From an uncultured Phycisphaerales bacterium (GTDB lineage: Bacteria > Planctomycetota > Phycisphaerae > Tepidisphaerales > Tepidisphaeraceae), in assembly GCA_963844715.1 (NCBI GenBank), contig CAWJPJ010000006.1, forward strand, positions 320,001 through 384,000: a stretch of 64,000 bases of DNA. The letters are read 5' to 3'. The notes beneath the pieces are model-generated. The model was not told where the DNA came from. It saw nothing but the letters and a program-made list of their open reading frames with translations, and searched no databases. Position numbers and translations under genes: made by a program. Positions 9,489 through 19,839 of this stretch are shown here, in pieces (within the stretch, counting starts at the first letter, position 1; every line of letters begins with the position of its first letter).

Positions 9489-10495
9489 ATGGCGAGCCGG
9501 CAACCGATCAAATCTTTTTTGTGGATCTACGCGGTCGCGCTAGCGGCCGTTGTGATCGTATTCATCGTTGGGATCGCACTTTTGCAATCCAGAGCACAGA
9601 GTCCGGCGGCATTCGCCGGTGCGGCACTTCTGTGTGCCGCGATTCTGGGGTTGATTGTCACGCTCGCATCGTTGCCCTTGGCGCTGGGCGATCAAGCCGG
9701 CAGGCAGGCACGGCAGGAAAATGATGAAGAGCTGTCCAAGCTCCTTTCCGATCGGCTGCAATCGATTTCGGTTTTGATGACCCTGATCAGCGAGCAGCAA
9801 TTGATCAGCGAGCGGGGGAAAGCGGTCGCGTTTCGGGAAAAGGATTTGGACGCGGTTCGCCGTGCGATTCAGGAAGAGATGGGGCGAAGAACTGGGGCGC
9901 GGCGATGGCGCTGGCAAACGAGATTGAATCGGGCTTCGGATATAAGCAGGAAGCCGACGGGATACGCGAGGAAGTAACCGTGAACCGCGACGCGGTTCAG
10001 AGGCGGCAGATCGCGGAATTGCTGGCGCCGGTGGATCGGTTCATCCAGGCGGAGGCCTGGGGATCGGCGCTTCAGGAAGCCCAACAGATCATGCTGAATT
10101 ATCCCGACGATCCGCAGGTAAAACGTCTTCCGGAGGAGATTGAGAGTCGCCGCCAGATGCGCAAGCAGCAGCTTCGCCAGAGTTGGGAAGAAGCGGTTGA
10201 TCGGCACGACGTGGACGGGAGCATCGAGATACTGAAGCGGCTGGATTTGTATCTCACGCCCGCCGAGGCGGAATCGATGCAGGAAATCGCCCGCAACGTC
10301 TTCAAGGAAAAGCGCGAGACCCTGCGCACCCGGTTTGCGTTGGCTGTCCAGGAGCATAACTGGGCCCTGGCCATTCGTCTGGGGGACGAGATCATTCAGG
10401 ATTTTCCAAACACGCGCATTGCGCAGGAAGTTCGCGAGAAGATGGAGGCGCTGCGCAAGCGTCTGGAAGAACCGGAGACGGCCTCGTCCCTCTGA
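9489..10495 (+). CDS. Membrane-anchored helical hypothetical protein (frameshift ~9890)
   Basis: Two TM helices then coiled/helical repeats; the two ORFs join if one A is added. Confidence 0.75.
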
Positions 10496-10504
10496 TCGCC
10501 GACA

Positions 10505-11417
10505 GTGATTTCCTTTTTTATTCCAATCCGCAACGCAGCAGAATCGGCGAGGAACTGCCTGAATTCGCTCTCGGCGTCTTGCCAGTCGATGCGCATTACG
10601 GATCGAGTGGAATATATCGTGCTCGATGACGCGTCGGAGCCGCAGTACGAGATTCCGAAACTGATGCGGGAATTTCGGGACGCGGTGGATTCAAAGACGG
10701 TTCTGCTGCGATTTTCTTCGCGGCGGAATTACACCAGCGCGTGCGCATATGGGTTTTCGACGGCGCGGGGGACGCATGTGATTCTGATCAGCCACGACAT
10801 GCTGGTGACGCCGAATTTTCTGGCGACGATTTTGTCTGTGGCGGCGGGTGATGAGAAACTCGGGACCATTCGGGGGCGGTCGCAGCATATGGATTGCTCG
10901 CCGAACGGACTGGCCCCCCCTGCCGCGATCGGGTCGTTTGAGGATGTGATCGCGTTTTCGCGGGAGGTATCGAATAAATACGGCTTGGCTGTTGTGGATA
11001 ATCCGGCTCTGGTGGGGGATTCGCTGCTCGTTCAGCGAGCCGTGCTGGACAGGATCGGTGTGATGGATCAGCGATTTGTGGGATTTCTGGGGGACTTTGA
11101 TTTTGGCATTCGGGCGCGGCGCGGGGTTCAGAACCGTTGAATCTCTGGGCGCATGGCTGCACCACGCCGGGTGCGGGACGATCAATGCGGATATCCTGGC
11201 GGGTCGTGAAACGCCGGAGCAGGTTCCGCAGGGGCTTTCCATGCTGGATGAGGCGTATGAGGTGCTGAAGGAGAAATGGGCGGCCGTTGCCCTGCCGGAG
11301 ACGTTTGGAGAGCTGCGGCCGGAGCATTTGCGGATGATGGAGGAATGTTCGGGGTCGGTAAATGGGGATTTTGTTTCGCCACCGGAGATCAATTCGTCCG
11401 GCGTCGAGATTCTTTAA
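10505..11417 (+). CDS. Glycosyltransferase family 2 (frameshift ~11120)
   Basis: FFIPIRN, IVLDDAS, ISHD, IGVMDQRF..GDFDF.IRA, GAWLHH. Confidence 0.8.
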
Positions 11418-11440
11418 CGGGATTTTATATCGGAAAGCGC

Positions 11441-12194
11441 CTAGGCGCTGACGGTGTGCTGTTTCAGGTGATCCGGCAATTGCCAATTGACGGCTGGGTC
11501 GGGGTGATGCTCCAGGGGTTTAATGTTTCCTCGATAGGCAACGCCCATGATCTGCATGGTGTTGTAGACGAGGGTTTTCCAACCGCGCGATGCGAAATAG
11601 TCGAGGCCGCGCCCCACTGCCGGGCTGACCAGGTCGTGAAAGATGATCATGGCGTCGGATTCCGCCCACTGCTCGCAGGCGATGGCGTCCTGAATGGGGC
11701 CGGGTTCTTCGTGCTCGCCATCGATGAAGATGAGCGACCATTTGCGGGCGCGGCGTTGGCCGAGTTCGTGGACGGCGGCCGGGGTGTAACCGCCGATGAG
11801 GCGAACGCGCGGTAGGACTTCCGCGGTACGGAGGGATGCGACCACGGATTCGCGGGGCTGGTCCTGAAAGAGGATTGGGCCGATCACGTCAAGTTCGACG
11901 CCGGCCAAAGCGAGGTGGCAGGTTGACCAGCCCAGCCAGCAGCCGATTTCCAGCGCGGGTTTTCCGGTGAACATCAGGGCGATGTTGTGCAGGATGTGCG
12001 CCTCGTCCCGGCTGACAAAGCCTACATGGGGGGGAGCGCTTGTCCACGTACCACTTATGAGGAATGTCGACCCGGAGGTAGCCCCAGCCGCAGTTTAGCG
12101 GATCGCCGATGGTCATGAATGGGAATGCGGCGTCGGGATGAATGATTTTCAAGTTTGGAGAGACATAGTCCCAACGGGCGGAAGCGGCGGTCAT
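11441..12194 (-). CDS. Class I SAM methyltransferase, Methyltransf_24-like (frameshift in G run ~12030)
   Basis: LEIGCWLGWS, IFIDGEH, IIFHD. Confidence 0.82.
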
Positions 12195-12203
12195 TGGAAA
12201 ACA

Positions 12204-12335
12204 GGTTACCGCGAAGAAACGAGGAACGCGAAAAATTCGGGAAAAGGGTTAAACCACGGATTTCGCGGATGGCACGGATGAAGAAAAAAAAGAATTTTGC
12301 CTTTTTATCCGCGCTATCCGCGAAATCCGTGGTTT
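12204..12335. repeat. CGCGAAG module + inverted CACGGAT pair
   Basis: aaccacggatttcgcggatggcacggat / atccgcgctatccgcgaaatccgtggtt. Confidence 0.85.
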
Positions 12336-12422
12336 TATTCCTGGATTTTCCTTCGCGTTGGGAGTCTACCCGCCATGGCGGCCGGCTTCGCGGTTTATCG
12401 CTGAATTTCCTATAATGGCGGC

Positions 12423-13538
12423 ATGAGTTCGAGCGGACGCAGAGTCGTTGTGGCCATGAGCGGCGGAGTGGATAGCTCCGTGGCGGCGGCATTGCTTCAG
12501 CGGGAGGGGTATGAAGTGATCGGCGTTTTCATGCGGCTTGGGTCGCCGGAGGGCGTGGAGGCGGCGGAAAGCGACGGCGGGCGGCATAAGCAGGGATGCT
12601 GCTCTGTGCTCGACGCGTCGGATGCGCGGCGGGTGGCAGATGTGCTGCACATTCCGTTTTATGTTTTGAATTTCCAGGACGAGTTTTCGCGCGTGATCGA
12701 TTATTTCGTGGATGAATACAATCGGGGGCGGACGCCGAATCCTTGTGTGCGATGCAATGATTGGCTGAAGTTCGGTCGATTGGCGCAGTATGCGCAGGCG
12801 GTCGAGGCGGATTTTGTGGCGTCGGGGCATTACGCGCGCATCGGCGTCGATCCGGCTTCGGGAAAGAAGGCGCTGCTCCGCGGGCGCGATGGGAAGAAGG
12901 ATCAGAGCTACGTTCTCTTTGGCATGACCCGATGGGCGATGGAGCACACGCTGTTGCCGATCGGCGAGTTTCATAAGAGCGAGGTGCGGAAGATGGCGGA
13001 GGAGTTGAAGCTGCCGGTTTATAACAAGCCGGATTCGCAGGAGATTTGCTTTGTGCCGGATCAGGATTATGCGGCGCTGGTGAAGCGACGAAGTCCGGAT
13101 GCGATGCGCGAAGGGGAACTGGTCATGAGCGGCGGGTCCGTGGTTGGGCGGCATGAGGGGCACCAGCATTTTACGATCGGGCAGCGCAAGGGCGTGGGTG
13201 TGGCGCTGGGGCATCCGATTTATGTCGTGGATATCAATCCGGCGTCGAATCGCGTGACGCTGGGAGAGAAGTCGGATTTGCTTCGCGGCGGGCTGGTTGC
13301 GAAGCAAACGAATTGGCTTTCAGATCGCGTAAGGTTGGGCGCCGAGTCGGTGCCTTGCCTGGCGAAGATTCGGTATAACCATGATCCGCAGCCGGGCAGG
13401 GTTTCGGTGCAGGCGGAGGGGGAGATGGTCGTGCGGTTTGATAAGCCTCAGTCGGCGATCACGCCGGGGCAGGCGGTCGTGGTTTACGACGGCGAAATGC
13501 TTCTGGGCGGAGGATGGATCGAAAGCGCGATCGATTAA
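12423..13538 (+). CDS. mnmA: tRNA 2-thiouridylase
   Basis: AMSGGVDS, GRTPNPC, KDQSY, KPDSQEICF, TIGQRKG, ITPGQ. Confidence 0.97.
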   Translation: MSSSGRRVVVAMSGGVDSSVAAALLQREGYEVIGVFMRLGSPEGVEAAESDGGRHKQGCCSVLDASDARRVADVLHIPFYVLNFQDEFSRVIDYFVDEYNRGRTPNPCVRCNDWLKFGRLAQYAQAVEADFVASGHYARIGVDPASGKKALLRGRDGKKDQSYVLFGMTRWAMEHTLLPIGEFHKSEVRKMAEELKLPVYNKPDSQEICFVPDQDYAALVKRRSPDAMREGELVMSGGSVVGRHEGHQHFTIGQRKGVGVALGHPIYVVDINPASNRVTLGEKSDLLRGGLVAKQTNWLSDRVRLGAESVPCLAKIRYNHDPQPGRVSVQAEGEMVVRFDKPQSAITPGQAVVVYDGEMLLGGGWIESAID

Positions 13539-13541
13539 GCC

Positions 13542-14443
13542 ATGCTTCGCCGTAATGTTTTGATTTTCCATTCGGGCGCGCTTGGGGATTTCATTTTGAC
13601 TTGGCCGCTGGGGCTTGCGCTTTCGCGGCTTTGGCCGCAGAGTCGGATTATCTATGTGACACAGAAACAGAAGGGGCTGCTGGCGGAGAAGGTGCTGCGG
13701 CTGGAGTGGACGGACGTTGAGAGCGGGTGGCATCATTTGTTTGGGGATATGCGGAACTTGCCGGAGGAGTGCCGGAAGAAACTGGATTCGGCGCACGCGG
13801 TGTTTGCGTTTGGGCCGAAGGAGCGGTGGCTGGAGACGATCGAGGGAAGCGTACGGTGAGCGCCAAGCCGCCTGAGGGGTGGGATCGGCATGCTTCGGAG
13901 TATCTGCTGGAGACGCTGTCGGGCGCGCCGGCCGTGGCGGCGGCGGTGAGGAATATCCTGGCGTCGATTGCGGCGCGGGGGATTCCTGTCGCACGGTGCG
14001 CGGATGGGGATGTGGTGATTCATCCGGGCAGCGGGTCGCGCGAGAAATGCTGGCCGCTGGAGAATTACTTGCGCCTGGCGCAGAAGTTGTCGAGTAAAGG
14101 GCGGCACGTCGTCTTTGCTGTTGGGGAAGTGGAGAGGGAGCGATGGCCTGGTGATGCGATGAAACAGTTGGAATCGGCCGGTTCGCTGGTTCATCCTGCG
14201 ACTTATCGAGACCTCCTGGACTGCCTGTCGGGGGCGCAACTGTTCATCGGGAACGACAGCGGGCCGGGGCATTTAGCGGGAATCATTGGGGTGCCGAGCG
14301 TGATTCTTTTTGGGCCGAGCGATCCGTGCGTTTGGAAGCCGCTGGGGCCTCGGGTGACGGTTTTGCGGCATCAGCCGATTGGAGACTTGCCGGAGGAATC
14401 GGTTTTAGAGCAAACGATTGTGCAGGGCGCGGCCACGGTATAG
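13542..14443 (+). CDS. Glycosyltransferase family 9, heptosyltransferase-like (frameshift ~13850)
   Basis: GALGDF, HPGSG..KCWP, GNDSGPGHLA, LFGPS. Confidence 0.85.
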
Positions 14444-14453
14444 TGTTGCTGAC

Positions 14454-15640
14454 GTGACGGAAATGGAATCCTCCATCGATGCGTGGGCGACGAAGGCCGC
14501 TGAACTCAGACATCGGCTGCATCGGATTCCTGAATTGTGTTATCAGGAGTTTGAGACGGCCAAGATTGTTCGCGCTGAGCTGGACAAGCTGCACATTACG
14601 CACGCGGACGGAGTACCGGACGCCCCCACCGCTACCGTCGCCATGCTGGGGGACGTGAAAAAACCTTGCATCGCATTGCGGGCGGATATTGACGCGCTGC
14701 CGATTCTGGAGCGGACGGGGCTGCCTTACGCGAGTACGCACGAGGGGAGGATGCACGCTTGCGGGCATGACGGGCACATGGCGACGCTGATCGCATCGGC
14801 CGCCGTTTTGAAGGGGATGGAAGACAATCTGCCGGTCTGCGTGAAGCTGCTATTTCAGCCGGCGGAGGAATCTGGGGGCGGAGCCGAGCGGATGGTTCGT
14901 GCCGGCGTGTTGGATGGAACGATCGGTCCGCCGGTTTGCGCGATTTTCGGGCTGCATGGCTGGCCGGGGTTGCCCGTTGGTCTGGTGGCGAGCAAGCCGG
15001 TGGCGCTTCTGGCCGCGACGGATAATTTCAAGGCGACGTTCGTCGGGCGAGGGAGTCACGGGGCGTTTCCGCATCTTGGAGCCGATCCGATTGTCGCGGC
15101 GGCGGAGGCGGTGGTGAATCTCCAGCAGGTCGTGTCGCGGCAGATCGATCCTACGGAGCCGGTGGTGGTCACCATCGGGCTCATCCACGGCGGCACCGCG
15201 ACCAATATCATTCCAGACGAGGCGGTCTTCGAGGGAACAGTCCGCGCCTTGAACGACGCGACGAGAAAATTAACCAGGTCGCTGATCGACGAGCGCTGCG
15301 GCCACATTGCGGCGGCCGGGAAATGCACCGCCAAGGTCGAATGGTTTGAAGGGTATCCCGCCACGATCAATGACCCGCGGATGACCGATTACGTCGCCAA
15401 GATCGCCCGGCAGAGTCTCGGGGCGGACCGATATATCCAGGCCGCGCGCCCGTGATGGGCGGGGAGGATTTTTCGTATTATTTGGAGAAATCGCCGGGCT
15501 GCTTTTTCTTTGTGGGCGTGCAGCCGCCTGAAGCCAAAGTTTATCCCCCGCTGCATAGCGACCGATATGATTTCTCTGACGCCGCGATTGGGGTGGGAAT
15601 GCGGATGTTCGTCGAATTGGCGGCTAATTTTTCGGTTTAA
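14454..15640 (+). CDS. M20D amidohydrolase (frameshift ~15450)
   Basis: LHRIPEL, LRADIDALP, MHACGHDGH, FQPAEE, GEDFSY, LHS. Confidence 0.9.
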
Positions 15641-15661
15641 GGGCGCGATTCGCCCGATATC

Positions 15662-15689
15662 TTGAAAACGCCGGCAAGGCGTATAGACT
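15662..15689 (+). promoter_or_regulatory. Sigma70-type promoter of tRNA-Gly
   Basis: TTGAAA-N16-TAGACT. Confidence 0.6.
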
Positions 15690-15702
15690 TTTGGTTTGTT
15701 AT

Positions 15703-15774
15703 GCGGGTGTAGCTCAGTGGTAGAGCGTCACGTTGCCAACGTGAATGTCGAGGGTTCGACCCCCTTCACCCGCT
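15703..15774 (+). tRNA. tRNA-Gly (GCC), CCA not encoded
   Basis: GCGGGTG/CACCCGC acceptor stem, TAGCTCAGTGGTAGAGC D arm, anticodon GCC 15735-15737, GGTTCGAC T loop. Confidence 0.96.
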
Positions 15775-15779
15775 TGATT

Positions 15780-15810
15780 GGCCCATTCCTGCCGGATGGG
15801 CCTTCTTTGT
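15780..15810 (+). terminator. Probable intrinsic terminator after tRNA
   Basis: ggcccattc-ctgcc-ggatgggcc then ttcttt. Confidence 0.6.
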
Positions 15811-15914
15811 CGCCAAATCCCGCCAGATGTAAGAGTTGATGTCGAGTCGCTCCGAAACGACAATCGGCCTCAAATATTGCTATAATCCATCTAACCCGAC
15901 TAGGAAGAGCGTCT

Positions 15915-16196
15915 ATGCAGCAGGTCCAGTTGACTGATCAACTTTATCGCGTCGCACAGCGCCGTGCTTCGGAAGCCGGCTTTGCCAGCGTGGAAGAATA
16001 CATTGCCGATGTCGTGGCCCAGGATGTCGCCGACGATACGGAGAATTTTGACCATCTGTTCACGCCGCAGGTGGTAAGTGAGCTTGAGCAGATATCCGCG
16101 GCCGCGAAGGCTGGCGGAAAAACCTACTCGTCCGAGGAAGTTCGCGAACATTTCCGAAAGAAATCGGACGCATGGCGAGCAAGTCACCCGGAATGA
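15915..16196 (+). CDS. Putative ParD-like antitoxin
   Basis: 93 aa, RHH-like N-terminus (GFASVEEYI), acidic; ATGA overlap with toxin; TGcTATAAT at 15878-15886. Confidence 0.7.
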   Translation: MQQVQLTDQLYRVAQRRASEAGFASVEEYIADVVAQDVADDTENFDHLFTPQVVSELEQISAAAKAGGKTYSSEEVREHFRKKSDAWRASHPE

Positions 16197-16501
16197 TCGT
16201 CGACTATACGCCGGAAGCCCTAGCCAATCTCAACGAGATATGGGATTGGAATGCGGAGCAGTATGGTCGGGTGCATGCCAACTCGTATGTCGAGTTCCTG
16301 CAAATACGAACAGATCGTTTATCCACCGAATACGCGAACGGCAAGCCGGTGCCCAGTAATCCGAAGCTGTATTATCGCGTCATTCAAAGAAAGAAGAAAC
16401 GTCACGGCCACGTCGTCGTTTATGAAGTGAATGATGACGATGTTGTTCGCATCCTCCGCTACTTTCACACCGCCCAAGACTGGCAAAACAGGCTTGGATA
16501 A
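16193..16501 (+). CDS. RelE/ParE-family toxin
   Basis: YTPEALANLNEIW...HVVVYEV...VRILRYFHTAQD. Confidence 0.85.
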   Translation: MIVDYTPEALANLNEIWDWNAEQYGRVHANSYVEFLQIRTDRLSTEYANGKPVPSNPKLYYRVIQRKKKRHGHVVVYEVNDDDVVRILRYFHTAQDWQNRLG

Positions 16502-16623
16502 GCACGAGACGGAAGAATATCCCTGCCCCATTTCGGCGTTATCCGGTCCGCGGATCGGCCGAAGATCCCGCTTCATAACCAGGTGGAGCCTCTCCGCCCC
16601 TTTCAGGTAAGCTTTCGTTTGAG

Positions 16624-17993
16624 ATGACTCAACCGACGCTTCAACAGGCCTTCGATCTTGCGCTGCGGCGCCAGCAATCCGGGAAATTCGCCGAGGCGGA
16701 GGAAATTTATCGGCAGATTCTTTTGCGGGAGCCAGGACACGTCGGGGCGATGCAGAGTTTGGGCGTGATTGCTCGCAAGACTAGGCGGACGGATCTGGCA
16801 ATCGAATTATTAAAACGTGCGACGGAGCTGAAGCCAGATTTTGCGGAAGCGCATTCGAATCTTGGGAATGCACTGAAGGATAAGGGGGATGTCGATGGGG
16901 CCATCGCGGCTTTCAGGCGGGCGATTGCGCTCAATCCCGGGCTGCCGATCGCGCATAATAACCTTGGCAACGCGCTGAAGGATGTCGGGAACTTGAACGA
17001 GGCGATCGCCGAATATCGGCGGGCGGTTGCCCTCAAGCCGGACTATGCGAACGCGCATATGAATCTTGCGATGGGTTTGCTTTTGTCGGGGGAGTTTGAG
17101 GAGGGATGGCGTGAGTATGAATGGCGATTGAGAGTGGCGGGAGCCGTCGCGCCGGGCGCGATATCTTTGAGCGGCTTTGGGATGGCAAAGAACTTAACGG
17201 GCGCACGATTCTTTTGCATTCGGAGCAAGGTTTTGGGGACGCCATTCATTTCTCGCGGTATATCTCGATGGTGATTGATCGCGGCGGGCGCGTCATCGTT
17301 CAGATTCAGAAAGATCTCATTCGGCTGTTGCAGCAGGTTGCTGGCGTGGAGAAATGGATCGCCAAGGGGGAGGCGGCGGAATTTGATGTGCAGTGTCCGC
17401 TGCTGAGTTTGCCGGGATTGTTCGGGACGAGAGTGGAAACAATTCCCGCACAAAAAGGGTTGTTGGTCGCGGAAGAGGGGGGCGCGGAAATCTGGCGCGG
17501 GCGATTGGAGAAGACGCCCGGGCGGATGAAAGTGGGATTGGCGTGGGCCGGGAACCCGACTCACAAGAAAGATCGGAGCCGGTCGATCCCGCTCTCGCGG
17601 CTTGCGCCTTTGGCGAAAATATCGAATATTGTTTTCCATAGCATCCAGAAAGGCGAAGCCGCCAAGGAGGCGCTGGAAGGCTCGACGGAGATGCGCATCG
17701 TCGACTGGGCGGGTCAACTGGGGGACTTTGCGGATACGGCGGGTTTGATCGCCAATCTGGATTTGATCATTACGGTCGATACTGCCGTGGCCCATTTGGC
17801 CGGTGCGATGGGTAAGCCGGTTTGGCTGATGCTGCCGTTCATGCCGGATTGGCGATGGATGCTGGGTCGCGGCGACAGTCCGTGGTATCCGTCCATGCGA
17901 CTATTTCGCCAACCCTCCCGGGGGGATTGGGAGGCGGTAATCAGGCAAGTTTCCGATGCACTTGGGGGTCAGTTGCCGATGAAGGGGTTATGA
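16624..17993 (+). CDS. TPR-containing glycosyltransferase, GT9-like C-terminus (frameshift ~17155)
   Basis: TPRs (AHSNLGNAL), GWREYEWR, EQGFGD, VGLAWAG, DLIITVDT, DWRW, SPWYP. Confidence 0.88.
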
Positions 17994-19681
17994 CGCAAGG
18001 CGCCGTACAGCAGGCTTTTGAAAAGGCGATCGAGCACCAGCGGGCCGGGCGGGTGCGCGAGGCGGAGACAGTTTATCGGCAGATCGTCACGGAGCATCCG
18101 GACCATGCGGGGGCGATCTATAACCTGGGGATGATCTCGCGCCGGGCTGGGCGCAACGACTTGGCCGTTCAACTTCTGCGGCAGGCCATCGCGGCGAATC
18201 CGAATTTCGCCGAGGCGTACAACAATTTAGGCAATGCATTGAAGGATCTGGGGCAAGTGGATGCGGCGATTGCCGCGTATCGGAAAGGAATTTCGCTCGG
18301 ACCGAAACTTGCGGAGATTCCGAATAATTTGGGGAACGCGCTGAAGATGAAGGGGCTGGTTGACGACGCCATGGCCCAATATCGGAAGGCGATTGCCCTC
18401 AAGGCTGACTACGCCGAGGCGCATTTCAATCTGGGCATTTCGTTTCAGACCAAGGGTCAATCGGACGAAGCGATCGCATCGTATCGGCGGGCGGTTTCTC
18501 ACAATTCGAAATTTGCCGAGGCGTTCAATAATCTTGGCAACGCCCTGCGGTCCAAAGGGGAACTGGAAGAAGCGGCTGCGGCGTATCGCGAGGCGATCAA
18601 GGTGCGCCCGAATTTCGCCGAAGCGCATAGCAATCTCGGTTCGACTTTCAAAGAAGAGGGCCGGTTGGACGATGCGATTTCTTCTTATCGAGAGGCCATC
18701 GCGCGGAATTCGGAATACGCCGACGCTCATGTCAAACTGGCGCAAACGTTACTGCTGCGCGGGGAGTTCGAAGCTGGGTGGCCGGAATGGGAGTGGCGTC
18801 TGAAACTGGATAACAGTGCGTCGCCGGATCGGGAGTTCCCGGAACTTCGATGGGACGGCGGTGACCTGGCCGGGCGCACGATTCTGATTTATGGCGAATC
18901 CGGCTTGGGCGACACGATTCAGTTTTCCAGATATCTGCCGATGGTGGCGGAGCGCGGGGGACGGGTGATCGCCCAGGCTCCGAAGGAATTGATCGGATTT
19001 CTCGGGCAAGTGCCTGGTGTGGAACAGTGGGTCGCGGCGGGCGAAAAGCCGCCGGCCTTTGACGTCCAATGCCCCCTGCTGAGTTTGCCGGGGTTGCTTG
19101 ACACGAATCTTCAGAACATCCCCGGCCAACAATCGCTTCTGAAAGCCGATGAGAAGCTTGCGGAGGGTTGGCGAAATAAAACTTTTCAGCAGCCTGGCGG
19201 TGTGAAGGTCGGGTTGGTTTGGGCGGGGAGCCGCAAGAATAAGAATGACCGTAATCGCTCGGTGAATTTGGATGTCCTGGCGCCGTTGGCGGCGATTTCT
19301 GGCATTCGCTTCTATAGCCTTCAGAAAGGGGACGCCGCGAAGGATGCGCAGAAACCGCCGGAGGGAATGGAGATTGTCGATTGGACGGACGAATTGCGGG
19401 ACTTCGCGGATACGGCTGCGCTGGTCGGGAATCTGGATTTGATCATTTCCGTCGATACGTCCGTCGCGCATCTTGCCGGGGCGATGGGCAAGCCGGTTTG
19501 GATTTTGCTGCCGTTCTTGCCCGATTGGCGTTGGATGGTCGACAGGGAGGAAAGTCCCTGGTATCCGACGGCCCGATTGTTTCGTCAAACCACCAGGGGC
19601 GATTGGGCGGACGTTGTCGCGCGCGTCGGCGAAGCGCTTGCGGAGTGGGCCAGCGATCACCGGCTTTTTATCGGTTTCTAG
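17990..19681 (+). CDS. TPR-containing glycosyltransferase, paralog of the preceding gene
   Basis: More TPRs, same C-terminal motifs; ATGA overlap. Confidence 0.9.
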   Translation: MTQGAVQQAFEKAIEHQRAGRVREAETVYRQIVTEHPDHAGAIYNLGMISRRAGRNDLAVQLLRQAIAANPNFAEAYNNLGNALKDLGQVDAAIAAYRKGISLGPKLAEIPNNLGNALKMKGLVDDAMAQYRKAIALKADYAEAHFNLGISFQTKGQSDEAIASYRRAVSHNSKFAEAFNNLGNALRSKGELEEAAAAYREAIKVRPNFAEAHSNLGSTFKEEGRLDDAISSYREAIARNSEYADAHVKLAQTLLLRGEFEAGWPEWEWRLKLDNSASPDREFPELRWDGGDLAGRTILIYGESGLGDTIQFSRYLPMVAERGGRVIAQAPKELIGFLGQVPGVEQWVAAGEKPPAFDVQCPLLSLPGLLDTNLQNIPGQQSLLKADEKLAEGWRNKTFQQPGGVKVGLVWAGSRKNKNDRNRSVNLDVLAPLAAISGIRFYSLQKGDAAKDAQKPPEGMEIVDWTDELRDFADTAALVGNLDLIISVDTSVAHLAGAMGKPVWILLPFLPDWRWMVDREESPWYPTARLFRQTTRGDWADVVARVGEALAEWASDHRLFIGF

Positions 19682-19839
19682 AATTTTCCCAAAAGGCAGC
19701 CATCCGTTAAAAAAAGGCCCACGGTTGGCCATCTTCGGGCATTGGCCTGGGGGCTTCAACTTGGAATTGTTTATGGTCCGAAGAAAAAACTTTCGCTCAC
19801 GTAGGCAATTGCCTCGCGCCGAGATATCTTGCTACGCCC

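Noticed and set aside
15775..16620. Prophage or integrative element at tRNA-Gly
   Set aside because: No integrase, phage genes or att duplication seen
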